DNA from: an uncultured Candidatus Saccharibacteria bacterium
GTDB taxonomy: Bacteria; Patescibacteriota; Saccharimonadia; Saccharimonadales; Saccharimonadaceae
Reading direction: 5' to 3'
NCBI GenBank assembly: GCA_964499245.1
Contig: CAZCIN010000001.1
Location: 5,106-69,105, forward strand
DNA: 64,000 nucleotides
Under the pieces are notes generated by a model. That model made no database searches. It worked only from the letters and a program-made list of their open reading frames with translations, and was not told where the DNA came from. This document shows, piece after piece, positions 55,827 through 64,000 of the stretch (position 1 is the first letter of the stretch; each line of letters opens with the position of its first letter). Both the position numbers and the translations under genes were made by a program.

Positions 55827-57312
55827 AATCAAAGATGAGTTTAAGGCTATGCGGGGGAGCTTGGTGATTTTTAAGGAGTGGAGGTGGCTCCTAGCGATAA
55901 TGACAGTGCTACTGGTGGCATACTTGGCGCTAATGCGGGCAAATTTCTACTACCTAGACGACCAAGGGAGGATGCTTGATGGCCATATGGGATGGATGGG
56001 GTTTAGCCGGTATACGACAACTTTGGCGGCTGGTGTGATGCAGATGGGCTCATATATGGCTGATTTGTCACCGCTAACGACGTTATTAGCTATTATACTG
56101 ATGGCGATGGCGGGACTGATTATTATTTATACAATCAAAGTAAAGATTTTTGAGAAAGAGATTAAGTGGTGGGATGTAATGATCGTAGCCATCATGGGAG
56201 TGACGCCATATTTTGCGGAGTGTATGTCGTACAAATTTGACACGCCATTTATGGCTTTGTCGGTACTAGCGAGCGTGATGCCGTTTGTATTCTATAAAGA
56301 TTCCAAGCTAGGATTTTATGGTACTGCAGTAATTGGGACGATGGTAATGTGCACAACTTATCAGGCGTCATCAGGGATTTTTCCGATGATGGTGATGGTG
56401 GTGGCTGCAGCGGAATGGGCGAACGGGAGAAAATGGAAGGACTTGTGGAAGTTTGTGCTAGGGTCGGGCTTGGTGTATTTGGCGACGGCAGTAGTATTTA
56501 AGGAATTTTTGATGATTCCCCAGTCGCTTTATGTATCGAACGAAGTGCTGGGGCTAGGTGATTTGTTACCGGGGATAATGAATAATCTGCGAGAATATTA
56601 TAGTCTTGTGATAAGTGATTCGCGGTGGCTATGGCTAGTAATCGGCGGAGCGATAATCATAGAGTTTGTGATTGTTTACACTGTGAAAGCGAAAGGTAAT
56701 AAACTAGCAGCGGGGGCAACAGCGCTACTAGTGGTGGCACTGATGGGGCTAATGGCGTTTGGCCTATACATCGTGCTGGTGGCGCCACTAACAGCGATGC
56801 GTGGGATGTACGGAATTGGCGTAGCAATGACACTACTCGCGGTGATGATTAGCGGGATGGCGGAGCGATGGATCTTGGAATTACCGGCGATAGTTCTAGC
56901 TTATAACTTTATTATTTTTACGACTACTTATGGAAATATGTTAGCAGTGCAAGACGCGGAAACAAAATTCCGAGCGGAAGCTCTAGCGATGGACTTGGCG
57001 AATCTAGAAATTATGCAGACAGATAAACCGAAATTTGTAAAAATCTATGGCGGGATTGGACCAGCGAGAGCAATCCAACAATGGACAGATAAAACTGGCT
57101 CGGGTGCTTTGATGCGACTAATACCAGTGCAGATGCACGGGGACGGTTGGACTTGGGGACAGATGTATTTCTTCAACCAGCTGGGATTAAAAACCGCAGT
57201 GATGGTGGGACAGGAAGATATAGAAATTGGAGACGACTGGGAAAAGTCAATTAGTAACTTATATCACGACGTCTACACAAAGAATAATCAAATAGTGATA
57301 TATATTAAATAG
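55792..57312 (+). CDS. GtrII-like glucosyltransferase (GT-C membrane protein)
   Basis: YYLDD, CMSYKFD, CTTYQAS motifs. Confidence 0.75.
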   Translation: MGRQMKKQLQNKIKDEFKAMRGSLVIFKEWRWLLAIMTVLLVAYLALMRANFYYLDDQGRMLDGHMGWMGFSRYTTTLAAGVMQMGSYMADLSPLTTLLAIILMAMAGLIIIYTIKVKIFEKEIKWWDVMIVAIMGVTPYFAECMSYKFDTPFMALSVLASVMPFVFYKDSKLGFYGTAVIGTMVMCTTYQASSGIFPMMVMVVAAAEWANGRKWKDLWKFVLGSGLVYLATAVVFKEFLMIPQSLYVSNEVLGLGDLLPGIMNNLREYYSLVISDSRWLWLVIGGAIIIEFVIVYTVKAKGNKLAAGATALLVVALMGLMAFGLYIVLVAPLTAMRGMYGIGVAMTLLAVMISGMAERWILELPAIVLAYNFIIFTTTYGNMLAVQDAETKFRAEALAMDLANLEIMQTDKPKFVKIYGGIGPARAIQQWTDKTGSGALMRLIPVQMHGDGWTWGQMYFFNQLGLKTAVMVGQEDIEIGDDWEKSISNLYHDVYTKNNQIVIYIK

Positions 57313-57766
57313 CTTTCTTAGTAATGAGGAGTTGGCGCTCGCGACCTTCACCTTCGGAGTGAGTTTCGATGTCGGAATAATCCTGAGCAACTTTATGAAC
57401 AACGCGACGATCGGCAGCGTTGAGGTTGAGGACCTTAGTCTGACCAGTGGCACGAACTTCGCGAATCCAATCTTCGGCCTGCTCGGCAATGCGATCTGCA
57501 CGTTGACGCTTATAATCAGCAACATCAACACTCACACGGGTAACTTCAGCACCGCGGCCGGCAAGTGCCATGGAGACAATATGTTGGAGAGCGCGGAGAT
57601 TATTGGCTTCTTTACCAATTAGTAGTGAGTTCATAGAGGTAGACGGGATGCTAAGCTGGATGACCTCATCATCAATAGTGGAATCGATGGCGACGTTGAT
57701 ACCAAAGAATGATAATAAATCCTCTAGATATTTAGTAGCGAAACGAATTGATTCATCTTTATTCAT
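57305..57766 (-). CDS. jag: Jag/KhpB RNA-binding protein (KH plus R3H)
   Basis: LLIGKEA, VDVADYK, DRRVVH, SEGEG; follows yidC. Confidence 0.88.
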   Translation of the reverse strand: MNKDESIRFATKYLEDLLSFFGINVAIDSTIDDEVIQLSIPSTSMNSLLIGKEANNLRALQHIVSMALAGRGAEVTRVSVDVADYKRQRADRIAEQAEDWIREVRATGQTKVLNLNAADRRVVHKVAQDYSDIETHSEGEGRERQLLITKKAI

Positions 57767-57768
57767 AA

Positions 57769-58872
57769 TTAACTCCTTTTCTTTTTAGTGCCCTTCCCGG
57801 CGGAAATGTGAGTGACGTGGACGCCGGCACCATCGGCATTTTTGGAATTTTTATTTTTGACCCAGCGACCAGTTTTGGTGGAGTCGCTGACAACTTGGGC
57901 TTCTTCAATATTTTTGAGTTCTTTAATAAGGCGCTTATCGGCGGAAATTTCCATCTCGTCGGTCTTTTTATTAAGGAGATATTTCTGCTGGATGCCGGTG
58001 AGAATATTACTAATACAATAATAGAAGACAAGTGCGCCGGGGAGATTAATCATGATCATAAACATCATGAGTGGCATAATGAAAGACATTTGGCCGGTCA
58101 TGGCTTGGCTGAGATCGGCTTGATCAGGTTCCTGACCATTGGCGGCTTCACGCATAAGCTGGCGGAAAGTTTTGCTATTCTTGGATTTCTTGGATGGCAA
58201 CTGCTGACGGGAAATCCAGTACTGAGTAAAGGCGGAAGCAACCGCGAATAATAGCATAATAATGGCAGAGAGTGAGCCAAAGCCTGGGCGTGGGTCGAGA
58301 TCAACTACCCCAAAAAGTTTGGGGTGGAATTTATATTCGGGAGCGGTAAGTTTGTTCGCGGCATCTTGATCTCCGGATTCCTCGGCGGCCTTTTTGGCTT
58401 CGTTATAAGTGTTAAGGTCGGCAAGATATTCGTCTTGATATTGAATAACTTCATCAATACGGCCAATCTGATTGACGCCGGGATAGGCGCGAATACTAAG
58501 ATTGTCCGACGGAGTAGGCATCACCATGACACGAACAGCGGTATAGAGAGCGATGAAGATCGGGAGCTGAATGATTATGGTGAGCATGGAGCGGAAAGGT
58601 TTGATATTGTGGCGCTTGTAGAGATCCATCATCTGTAAAGACTCAAGCTGGCGATTACCATTGCAATTCTTTTTGATCTCGGCGAGTTCAGGCTGAATTT
58701 TGCGCATAAGGCGGGTTTGGTGCATTTGGCGTTTAACTAGCGGCCAGAGACAAATTTTAATCAGGACAGTAAAAAGAATAATGGCGAGACCAAAGTCGCC
58801 AACGAACCCATAAATGATGAATAAAACATTTGTGATTGGACGAACAATCAACAGGTCAATTAACTCAAACAT
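57769..58872 (-). CDS. yidC: Membrane protein insertase
   Basis: DFGLAIILFT, IQPEL, LPIFIALY, GALVFYY. Confidence 0.93.
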   Translation of the reverse strand: MFELIDLLIVRPITNVLFIIYGFVGDFGLAIILFTVLIKICLWPLVKRQMHQTRLMRKIQPELAEIKKNCNGNRQLESLQMMDLYKRHNIKPFRSMLTIIIQLPIFIALYTAVRVMVMPTPSDNLSIRAYPGVNQIGRIDEVIQYQDEYLADLNTYNEAKKAAEESGDQDAANKLTAPEYKFHPKLFGVVDLDPRPGFGSLSAIIMLLFAVASAFTQYWISRQQLPSKKSKNSKTFRQLMREAANGQEPDQADLSQAMTGQMSFIMPLMMFMIMINLPGALVFYYCISNILTGIQQKYLLNKKTDEMEISADKRLIKELKNIEEAQVVSDSTKTGRWVKNKNSKNADGAGVHVTHISAGKGTKKKRS

Positions 58873-58929
58873 ATAGTCATTATATCACAAGAGGTAGTTG
58901 TAGGCAATTCACCCCGATATAGACAGATG

Positions 58930-59018
58930 GAGGCTTTACGCTAAGCTTTTCTCGACCTAGCGCTCCAGGCCGCGCGGCCAAGTCTTTACGGTCTTCGAAA
59001 AACTTAACATAAAGCCTC
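58930..59018 (+). repeat. Dispersed hairpin repeat, copy e
   Basis: Core CTCGACCTAGCGCTCCAGGCCGCGCGGCCAAGTCTTTACGGTCTTC, nearly identical to copy b, but in a different stem (GAGGCTTTA/TAAAGCCTC). Confidence 0.85.
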
Positions 59019-59079
59019 TACTAGCTGCTTATCATTAGGGAGAATTGCTTCTATACATCTCTTATGTTATAATTATTAT

Positions 59080-59418
59080 ATGTTAAGGCAGAAGTATCGG
59101 TTTCATTCGAGGGGTGGGGTGAATTTTGTTCACCAGAAAGGGCAGATGATTCGCACGCCGATGATGGCGGTGACTTTTATTCGAAATGAGCGGGGATTCC
59201 GAAGATTTGCAGTAGTGGTGTCAAAAAAAGTGATGAAATCAGCGGTGGGGCGAAACCGGATCCGACGGAGGGTTTACGAAGCGATCCGCCTAGAATTTCC
59301 TAGTGATAAACCACCGACGGATTATATTTTTACGGTTTATAACCCAGGTGTGATGAAAATTCCCTTTCGGGAGCTGAGACGAATAGTACAAGAATTAATT
59401 CTAAGAGCCGAACAATAA
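59080..59418 (+). CDS. rnpA: Ribonuclease P protein component
   Basis: FAVVVSKKV...AVGRNRIRRR RNR motif. Confidence 0.93.
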   Translation: MLRQKYRFHSRGGVNFVHQKGQMIRTPMMAVTFIRNERGFRRFAVVVSKKVMKSAVGRNRIRRRVYEAIRLEFPSDKPPTDYIFTVYNPGVMKIPFRELRRIVQELILRAEQ

Positions 59419-59445
59419 AAATATACGCTCTAGAGCGTATATTTT
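59418..59445. terminator. Bidirectional terminator between rnpA and rpmH
   Basis: AAATATACGCTC-TA-GAGCGTATATTT. Confidence 0.7.
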
Positions 59446-59452
59446 ATTAATA

Positions 59453-59590
59453 TTAGGCGGTGAGGCGAGCGCGGCCTTTAATACGGCGGCGTTTGAGAAC
59501 TTTTTGGCCGTTCTTTGTGCTGTTTCGCTTCATGAAGCCATGCTCAACCTTGCGCTGGCGCTTGTGAGGCTGGTATGTACGTTTTGGCAT
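59453..59590 (-). CDS. rpmH: 50S ribosomal protein L34
   Basis: Hand translation [45 protein letters not shown]; below the ORF-track cutoff. Confidence 0.95.
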   Translation of the reverse strand: MPKRTYQPHKRQRKVEHGFMKRNSTKNGQKVLKRRRIKGRARLTA

Positions 59591-59643
59591 ATCAATATCC
59601 TTTTACTTTTATTATCAGAAATACTTGTTCTAGTATACTCCAG

Positions 59644-59775
59644 TTTTCCACATTTTTCAAGGAGTTTTCCACATAACAGATTAGAGGTTTGGTGGAAAAG
59701 TGTGGAAAAACTACCCCTATTAGGCTGGTTTTATATTAGAACACAATGCAGAAATAGAGATAAAACTGTGGAAAA
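59644..59775. promoter_or_regulatory. DnaA-box cluster upstream of dnaA
   Basis: TTTTCCACA at 59644 and 59665; TGTGGAAAA at 59701 and 59767. Confidence 0.75.
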
Positions 59776-59825
59776 GTCGGTGGGGGTTTGGTATAATTGG
59801 GGTAGTAAGGAGGTCCGAGGGTTTT

Positions 59826-61181
59826 ATGCTAGAAGTCTGGAAAGGTGTACTGAACGAAGTTGAACAGGTGATTTCGCGAGAACAATACATGACATGGTTT
59901 CCGGAAACGGAATTGATTTCGGTCGAAGACGGGGTGGTGACAGTGGGGGCTCCAAACATCTTTAAGGTGAAACAACTTGAGGCAAAGTTTAGCGAGGTGA
60001 TTAAGGAAGCGTTGATTCACCAAGATATAGAGGTGAAGAAACTGGTTTATGTAGTGGCGAGTAGTACAAAGTCGAAAAGGCCACTACGTACAGAAAGTGG
60101 TATAACACGAACGGCACCGGTAAGTTTAGGATCGATAGGGCTAAATAATACCGGACGATTATCAACGGGCCTAAACCCGCGTTATACACTTGATAATTTT
60201 GTGCTAGGGTCAAATAATGAGCTAGCCGTGAACGTGGCGCGTAATATCGTGGATAATCCAGGAGTGAAATTTAATCCATTCTTCCTTTATGGTGGGCCGG
60301 GGCTTGGGAAAACACATTTGGTGCAGGCGATTGGTAATGCTTTGATGGAAAAGAATCCGAAATTAAAAATCTTATATCTGCCGACATCGGAATTTTATTC
60401 GGGATTCATCAAGGCTTTGGCGGCAAAAAAGGCAGATGAATACCGCCAAAAGTTTATGAAATTGGATGTACTGATCATTGATGATTTCCAGATGATCATG
60501 AATAAAGATGCTTCGCAGGTGGAATTCTTTGATATTTTCAATGCACTATATCAAGCAAATAAACATATTATTGTGACGTCGGATCGTTTGCCGGATCAGA
60601 TTAAATCAGTGGATGAACGATTAGCATCGAGGTTGACTTGGGCGGGGGCATACGATTTGCAACTGCCACAATTTGAAGATCGCTGCGCAATCTTGAAGGC
60701 AAAAGCGGAGTTTAAGGGTGTGGAAATTGAAGACGAAGCGATTGAATATATCGCGGAGAATATCAAATCAAATATTCGGGCGCTAGAAGGCGAACTAGAG
60801 CATATCCTTGCGATGGCGGATATCAAAAATATGACACCACTGAGAGTAATTAAAGAAGGTTACGCACCGGTGGTGGCAAATCCGCGCTCAAAGACCGTAA
60901 CAGCGAAACAAGTAGTGGAAAAAGTTGCAAAACATTATGGCTTGACAGTGAAAGAAATGTGCGGAAAAAGTCGAGTGGCAAATATTAAAAATGCTCGACA
61001 AGTGGCAATGTATATATTATCGAAGGATCTCGCAATGAGTACACCGAAAATTGCGGCTGAAGTAGGAGTGAAAGATCACACGACAGTGATGCATGGAGTT
61101 AAAAAAATTGAACAGGATTTGAAACTGAATTTTAATTTGCGGGACGAACTTAATTCAATTAAGGAAAAACTTTATGCATAA
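59826..61181 (+). CDS. dnaA: Chromosomal replication initiator
   Basis: LYGGPGLGKTHL, IIDDFQ, SDRLP, DHTTVMH. Confidence 0.98.
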   Translation: MLEVWKGVLNEVEQVISREQYMTWFPETELISVEDGVVTVGAPNIFKVKQLEAKFSEVIKEALIHQDIEVKKLVYVVASSTKSKRPLRTESGITRTAPVSLGSIGLNNTGRLSTGLNPRYTLDNFVLGSNNELAVNVARNIVDNPGVKFNPFFLYGGPGLGKTHLVQAIGNALMEKNPKLKILYLPTSEFYSGFIKALAAKKADEYRQKFMKLDVLIIDDFQMIMNKDASQVEFFDIFNALYQANKHIIVTSDRLPDQIKSVDERLASRLTWAGAYDLQLPQFEDRCAILKAKAEFKGVEIEDEAIEYIAENIKSNIRALEGELEHILAMADIKNMTPLRVIKEGYAPVVANPRSKTVTAKQVVEKVAKHYGLTVKEMCGKSRVANIKNARQVAMYILSKDLAMSTPKIAAEVGVKDHTTVMHGVKKIEQDLKLNFNLRDELNSIKEKLYA

Positions 61182-61420
61182 TGTGGAAAAGTTGTGGAAA
61201 AGCGCGCGAAAAAACTTGCGGAAAAGTTGTGGAGAAAAAAGTGGAAAAGTACGGATGTTGGAGTTTTCCACTAAACGTGAGGGAGTTTTCCATAGCATGA
61301 ATGAAATTGTGGAGAAGTTTTACATAGGTTTTACACATAGAATGACCGGTGTTATGAATGAGTTTTACACAATTTCCACAGGACTTACTAATACTACTAT
61401 TATTTTATGATAAGAAAGGA
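61182..61420 (+). promoter_or_regulatory. Putative oriC: DnaA boxes plus DnaA-trio unwinding element
   Basis: Several TGTGGAAAA-type boxes, then TTTCCACA (61373-61380) followed by TAC TAA TAC TAC TAT TAT (61386-61403) and an AT-rich tract. Confidence 0.8.
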
Positions 61421-61425
61421 AAGAG

Positions 61426-62532
61426 ATGGAGATTAAAATTCTACAAGAAAAGTTAGCAAAAGCACTAAACCATGTCAGTAAGGTAGTGGCTGGAGGAAGA
61501 GCGACTTTACCGATTTTGAATAATGTTTTGATTAGAGTGGATGATAAGAAAGTCACCCTTACAACGACAAATCTAGATATGGCGGTGGTGGATTATTTAT
61601 CGGTGATTGATAGTAAAAATGGTGTAGTGACGGTGCCGGCGCGGCTGATAGCGGAGTTTGTGTCAAATTTACCGAAAGGTAAGACGGTGACTTTGACTGC
61701 GGAAAATGAAAAAGTGACAGTGAAGGCGGACGGGTATAGTTCGGTGCTAAATGGTACACTAGCGGATGATTTTCCGGAATTACCTGGGATGGATGAAAGC
61801 AAAACAGTGAAATTTACAATGGGGGTAGAAGATTTTAAGAGGGGGCTTTCACAGGTGATGGTGGCGGCGAGTAATGATATGGCAAGGCCGGCGCTAACTG
61901 GGGTGTATTTTAATACGGCTGATGATACGCTTTATGTGGCGGCGACGGATGGGTATCGCTTGGCGGAGCGGAAATTAGCGGAGAAAGTTGGAGTGGAAGT
62001 GGCAGCGGTAGTGCCGGCGGCGTCACTAAGAACGGTGCTTAGCTTACTAGATGATGGCGTGGAAGAAGTGGAAATGATTTTTGATGAGACGCAGGTGAAA
62101 TTCCGCTTGAATGATGTGGAGGTAACTTCAAAATTAGTGGACGGGTCGTTTCCTGATTATCGGCAACTGATACCAAAAGATAGTGAGATAAAAGTTGATT
62201 TGGATCGAGATGAATTAGTGCGTGTGACGAAACTAGCGGCGCTGTTTGCGCGAGAGGTGGGTGGATCAATAGTCTGCTCGACTAGTGCAGAAAAAGGTAC
62301 GTTTGCGATTGCGGCGGTGGCAAATGAATTAGGGGAAAATAATTCGGAAATGGAAGCTAAAATAGAGGCGGACGGTAAGGTAACTTTGAATTCGCGGTTC
62401 TTATTAGATGCTTTGAATGCGTTAGAGGGCAAAAAAGTAAAGGTGGGATTCTCGAATAAACTAGATCCGATTGTGCTAAAGAGTGATCAAGATACTGGGT
62501 ATGTGCATATCGTGATGCCGCTGAAGGGGTGA
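61426..62532 (+). CDS. dnaN: DNA polymerase III beta clamp
   Basis: LPILNNVLI, ATDGYRL, GSFPDYRQLIP, VMPL. Confidence 0.97.
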   Translation: MEIKILQEKLAKALNHVSKVVAGGRATLPILNNVLIRVDDKKVTLTTTNLDMAVVDYLSVIDSKNGVVTVPARLIAEFVSNLPKGKTVTLTAENEKVTVKADGYSSVLNGTLADDFPELPGMDESKTVKFTMGVEDFKRGLSQVMVAASNDMARPALTGVYFNTADDTLYVAATDGYRLAERKLAEKVGVEVAAVVPAASLRTVLSLLDDGVEEVEMIFDETQVKFRLNDVEVTSKLVDGSFPDYRQLIPKDSEIKVDLDRDELVRVTKLAALFAREVGGSIVCSTSAEKGTFAIAAVANELGENNSEMEAKIEADGKVTLNSRFLLDALNALEGKKVKVGFSNKLDPIVLKSDQDTGYVHIVMPLKG

Positions 62533-62533
62533 G

Positions 62534-63538
62534 ATGATTATCCGAAAGGTGAAGCTAGTGGGTTTTCGGAGCCACGAAAATTTTGAACTGGTATGTCGAA
62601 AAAATATCACGACAATTACCGGTGAGAATGGTTGTGGAAAAACTTCTGTGATAGAGGCGATATATGAAGCACTGAGGGGGAAAAGTTTTCGGGCAGTGGA
62701 TGCGGAAATTATAAGGAGGGGGGCGGAGTTTTACCGGGTGGAGTTAGAATATGAAGATGGGCGGAAAGTGGTAGCGTATTATGACGGAGAGAAGAAAGAG
62801 TTTTTAGTTGAAGATAAAAAACAGAGGCGCTTACCGAAAAAGGCGAAATACCCGATTATATTATTTGAACCAGATGATTTACATTTGATTGGGGCGAGTC
62901 CGGTGAGTCGGAGGAATTATTTCGACCGATTTTTTGGACAGCTGAGTGATGGGTATGCGCTGGCGCTTACGCGCTATAATAAGGCTTTGAAGCAGCGAAA
63001 TGAGCTTCTGAAGACTAATGATGTGCAACCTGGTGATACTTTTGCGTGGGATGTGATGCTGGTAAAATACGGGGCGGAACTTGTGCAACAACGACGAAAA
63101 TGGACGGAAGCGGTGAATCGTAAATTTACGGAAACATATCGATCGATTGCGGAGAATAATGATGAGGTGGCGCTACAATACGAGAGTGAAATTCGGACGG
63201 ATAGTGATTTTTTGGAGAAGTTAAATCGGAATTTTGAACGTGATTCCCTGCTTGGGCACACAAGTTATGGGGTGCATCGGGATACTTACAATTTTATTTT
63301 TAATAAGGTGAAAGCGGATGGGTCGGCGAGTCGGGGTGAAGTGAGGTCGTCAGTCTTGGCGCTAAAATTTATTGAGGCGGAATTATTAGAGCGGACACTG
63401 GGGCAAAAGCCGGTGGTGCTGCTAGACGATGTGTTTTCTGAACTAGACCAGGCGCGACAAAAGTGTTTGGTGAAGAATTTTCAGAATAATCAAGTGATTT
63501 TGACGAGCGTGGGAGATGGGGAGATGGTGGTCGACTAA
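62534..63538 (+). CDS. recF: DNA replication and repair protein RecF (short form)
   Basis: GENGCGKTS, RRNYFD, GVHRD, SRGE, LLDDVFSELD. Confidence 0.93.
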   Translation: MIIRKVKLVGFRSHENFELVCRKNITTITGENGCGKTSVIEAIYEALRGKSFRAVDAEIIRRGAEFYRVELEYEDGRKVVAYYDGEKKEFLVEDKKQRRLPKKAKYPIILFEPDDLHLIGASPVSRRNYFDRFFGQLSDGYALALTRYNKALKQRNELLKTNDVQPGDTFAWDVMLVKYGAELVQQRRKWTEAVNRKFTETYRSIAENNDEVALQYESEIRTDSDFLEKLNRNFERDSLLGHTSYGVHRDTYNFIFNKVKADGSASRGEVRSSVLALKFIEAELLERTLGQKPVVLLDDVFSELDQARQKCLVKNFQNNQVILTSVGDGEMVVD

Positions 63539-63996
63539 GCGACGTAGTTGCGACTACGCAGATCGGCATAAATGATGTATTCTTTGGCGGCGATGACTGG
63601 CTCAGAGGAATTTTGAACGGGTGAGTCGTCGAGGAAGCGGAGATCTTCGTGTTTGAAGTTGGCAACGAGTTCGGCGCTGGAAGTACTAGTGAGTTCGTGC
63701 TCATCGAGAGCGACGCGAGTGTCGGGGTTATAGAGTTCAGTATAATTATAATAGTCGACGAGGGCGAGGACGGTCTCGACGTTGTCTTTGGTGAGACCGG
63801 AAATGCGGGAGAGATAATCAGCATACGAAGTAATGGGGTTTTCTGAGGTGTAGCGTTCGTAGTTGGCGAGGATTGGGCTGACGAAGGCGGCTTCTTCTTG
63901 ATTTTCTTCCTCTGAACTATTAGTGGACTTAGAGTCATCATTGTGCATCTGACTAATAACGCGCATATCTTCCATATAACGTTCATAATATCTCAT
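63535..63996 (-). CDS. Hypothetical acidic protein (start may lie outside the window)
   Basis: 153-aa ORF convergent with recF. Confidence 0.6.
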   Translation of the reverse strand: MRYYERYMEDMRVISQMHNDDSKSTNSSEEENQEEAAFVSPILANYERYTSENPITSYADYLSRISGLTKDNVETVLALVDYYNYTELYNPDTRVALDEHELTSTSSAELVANFKHEDLRFLDDSPVQNSSEPVIAAKEYIIYADLRSRNYVA

Positions 63997-64000
63997 TTCG

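Noticed and set aside
1-64000. CRISPR array or cas genes
   Set aside because: No regularly spaced direct repeats with unique spacers and no Cas motifs; the repeats found are dispersed or short tandem units.

Overview
Two compositionally different parts. (1) Bases 1 to about 17.2 kb are the right end of a Clostridia-type integrative/mobilisable element: large serine recombinase (cut by the window edge), DUF4314, gamma-glutamylcyclotransferase plus amidoligase, replication-relaxation protein, VirD4/TraD-type coupling protein, two tandem MT-A70 methyltransferases, DUF11 surface protein, sigma70-region-4 protein, small tyrosine recombinase and two paralogous lipoproteins. (2) About 17.3-64 kb looks like chromosome of a Patescibacteria (CPR) organism, probably Saccharibacteria (inferred from gene style; no database search was possible): ndk, three tRNAs, a roughly 30-kb surface-glycan region (rfbABCD, galE, glf, wzm/wzt, RgpF-like, GtrA/GtrII, LCP, O-antigen ligase-like) and the jag-yidC-rnpA-rpmH-dnaA-oriC-dnaN-recF block. 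The most unusual signals are non-coding or sub-genic: an orphan FISUMP/DGR-variable-region-like fragment next to a near-perfect four-way-junction palindrome; a 96-bp promoter-bearing inverted repeat pair; a dispersed hairpin family with conserved loop but covarying stems, one copy inserted in frame in a gene; DnaA-box arrays translated inside glycosyltransferases; no GC-skew switch at dnaA; and pervasive leaderless gene starts. Product calls rest on motif recognition by eye, and start codons were adjusted by hand from the ORF track.
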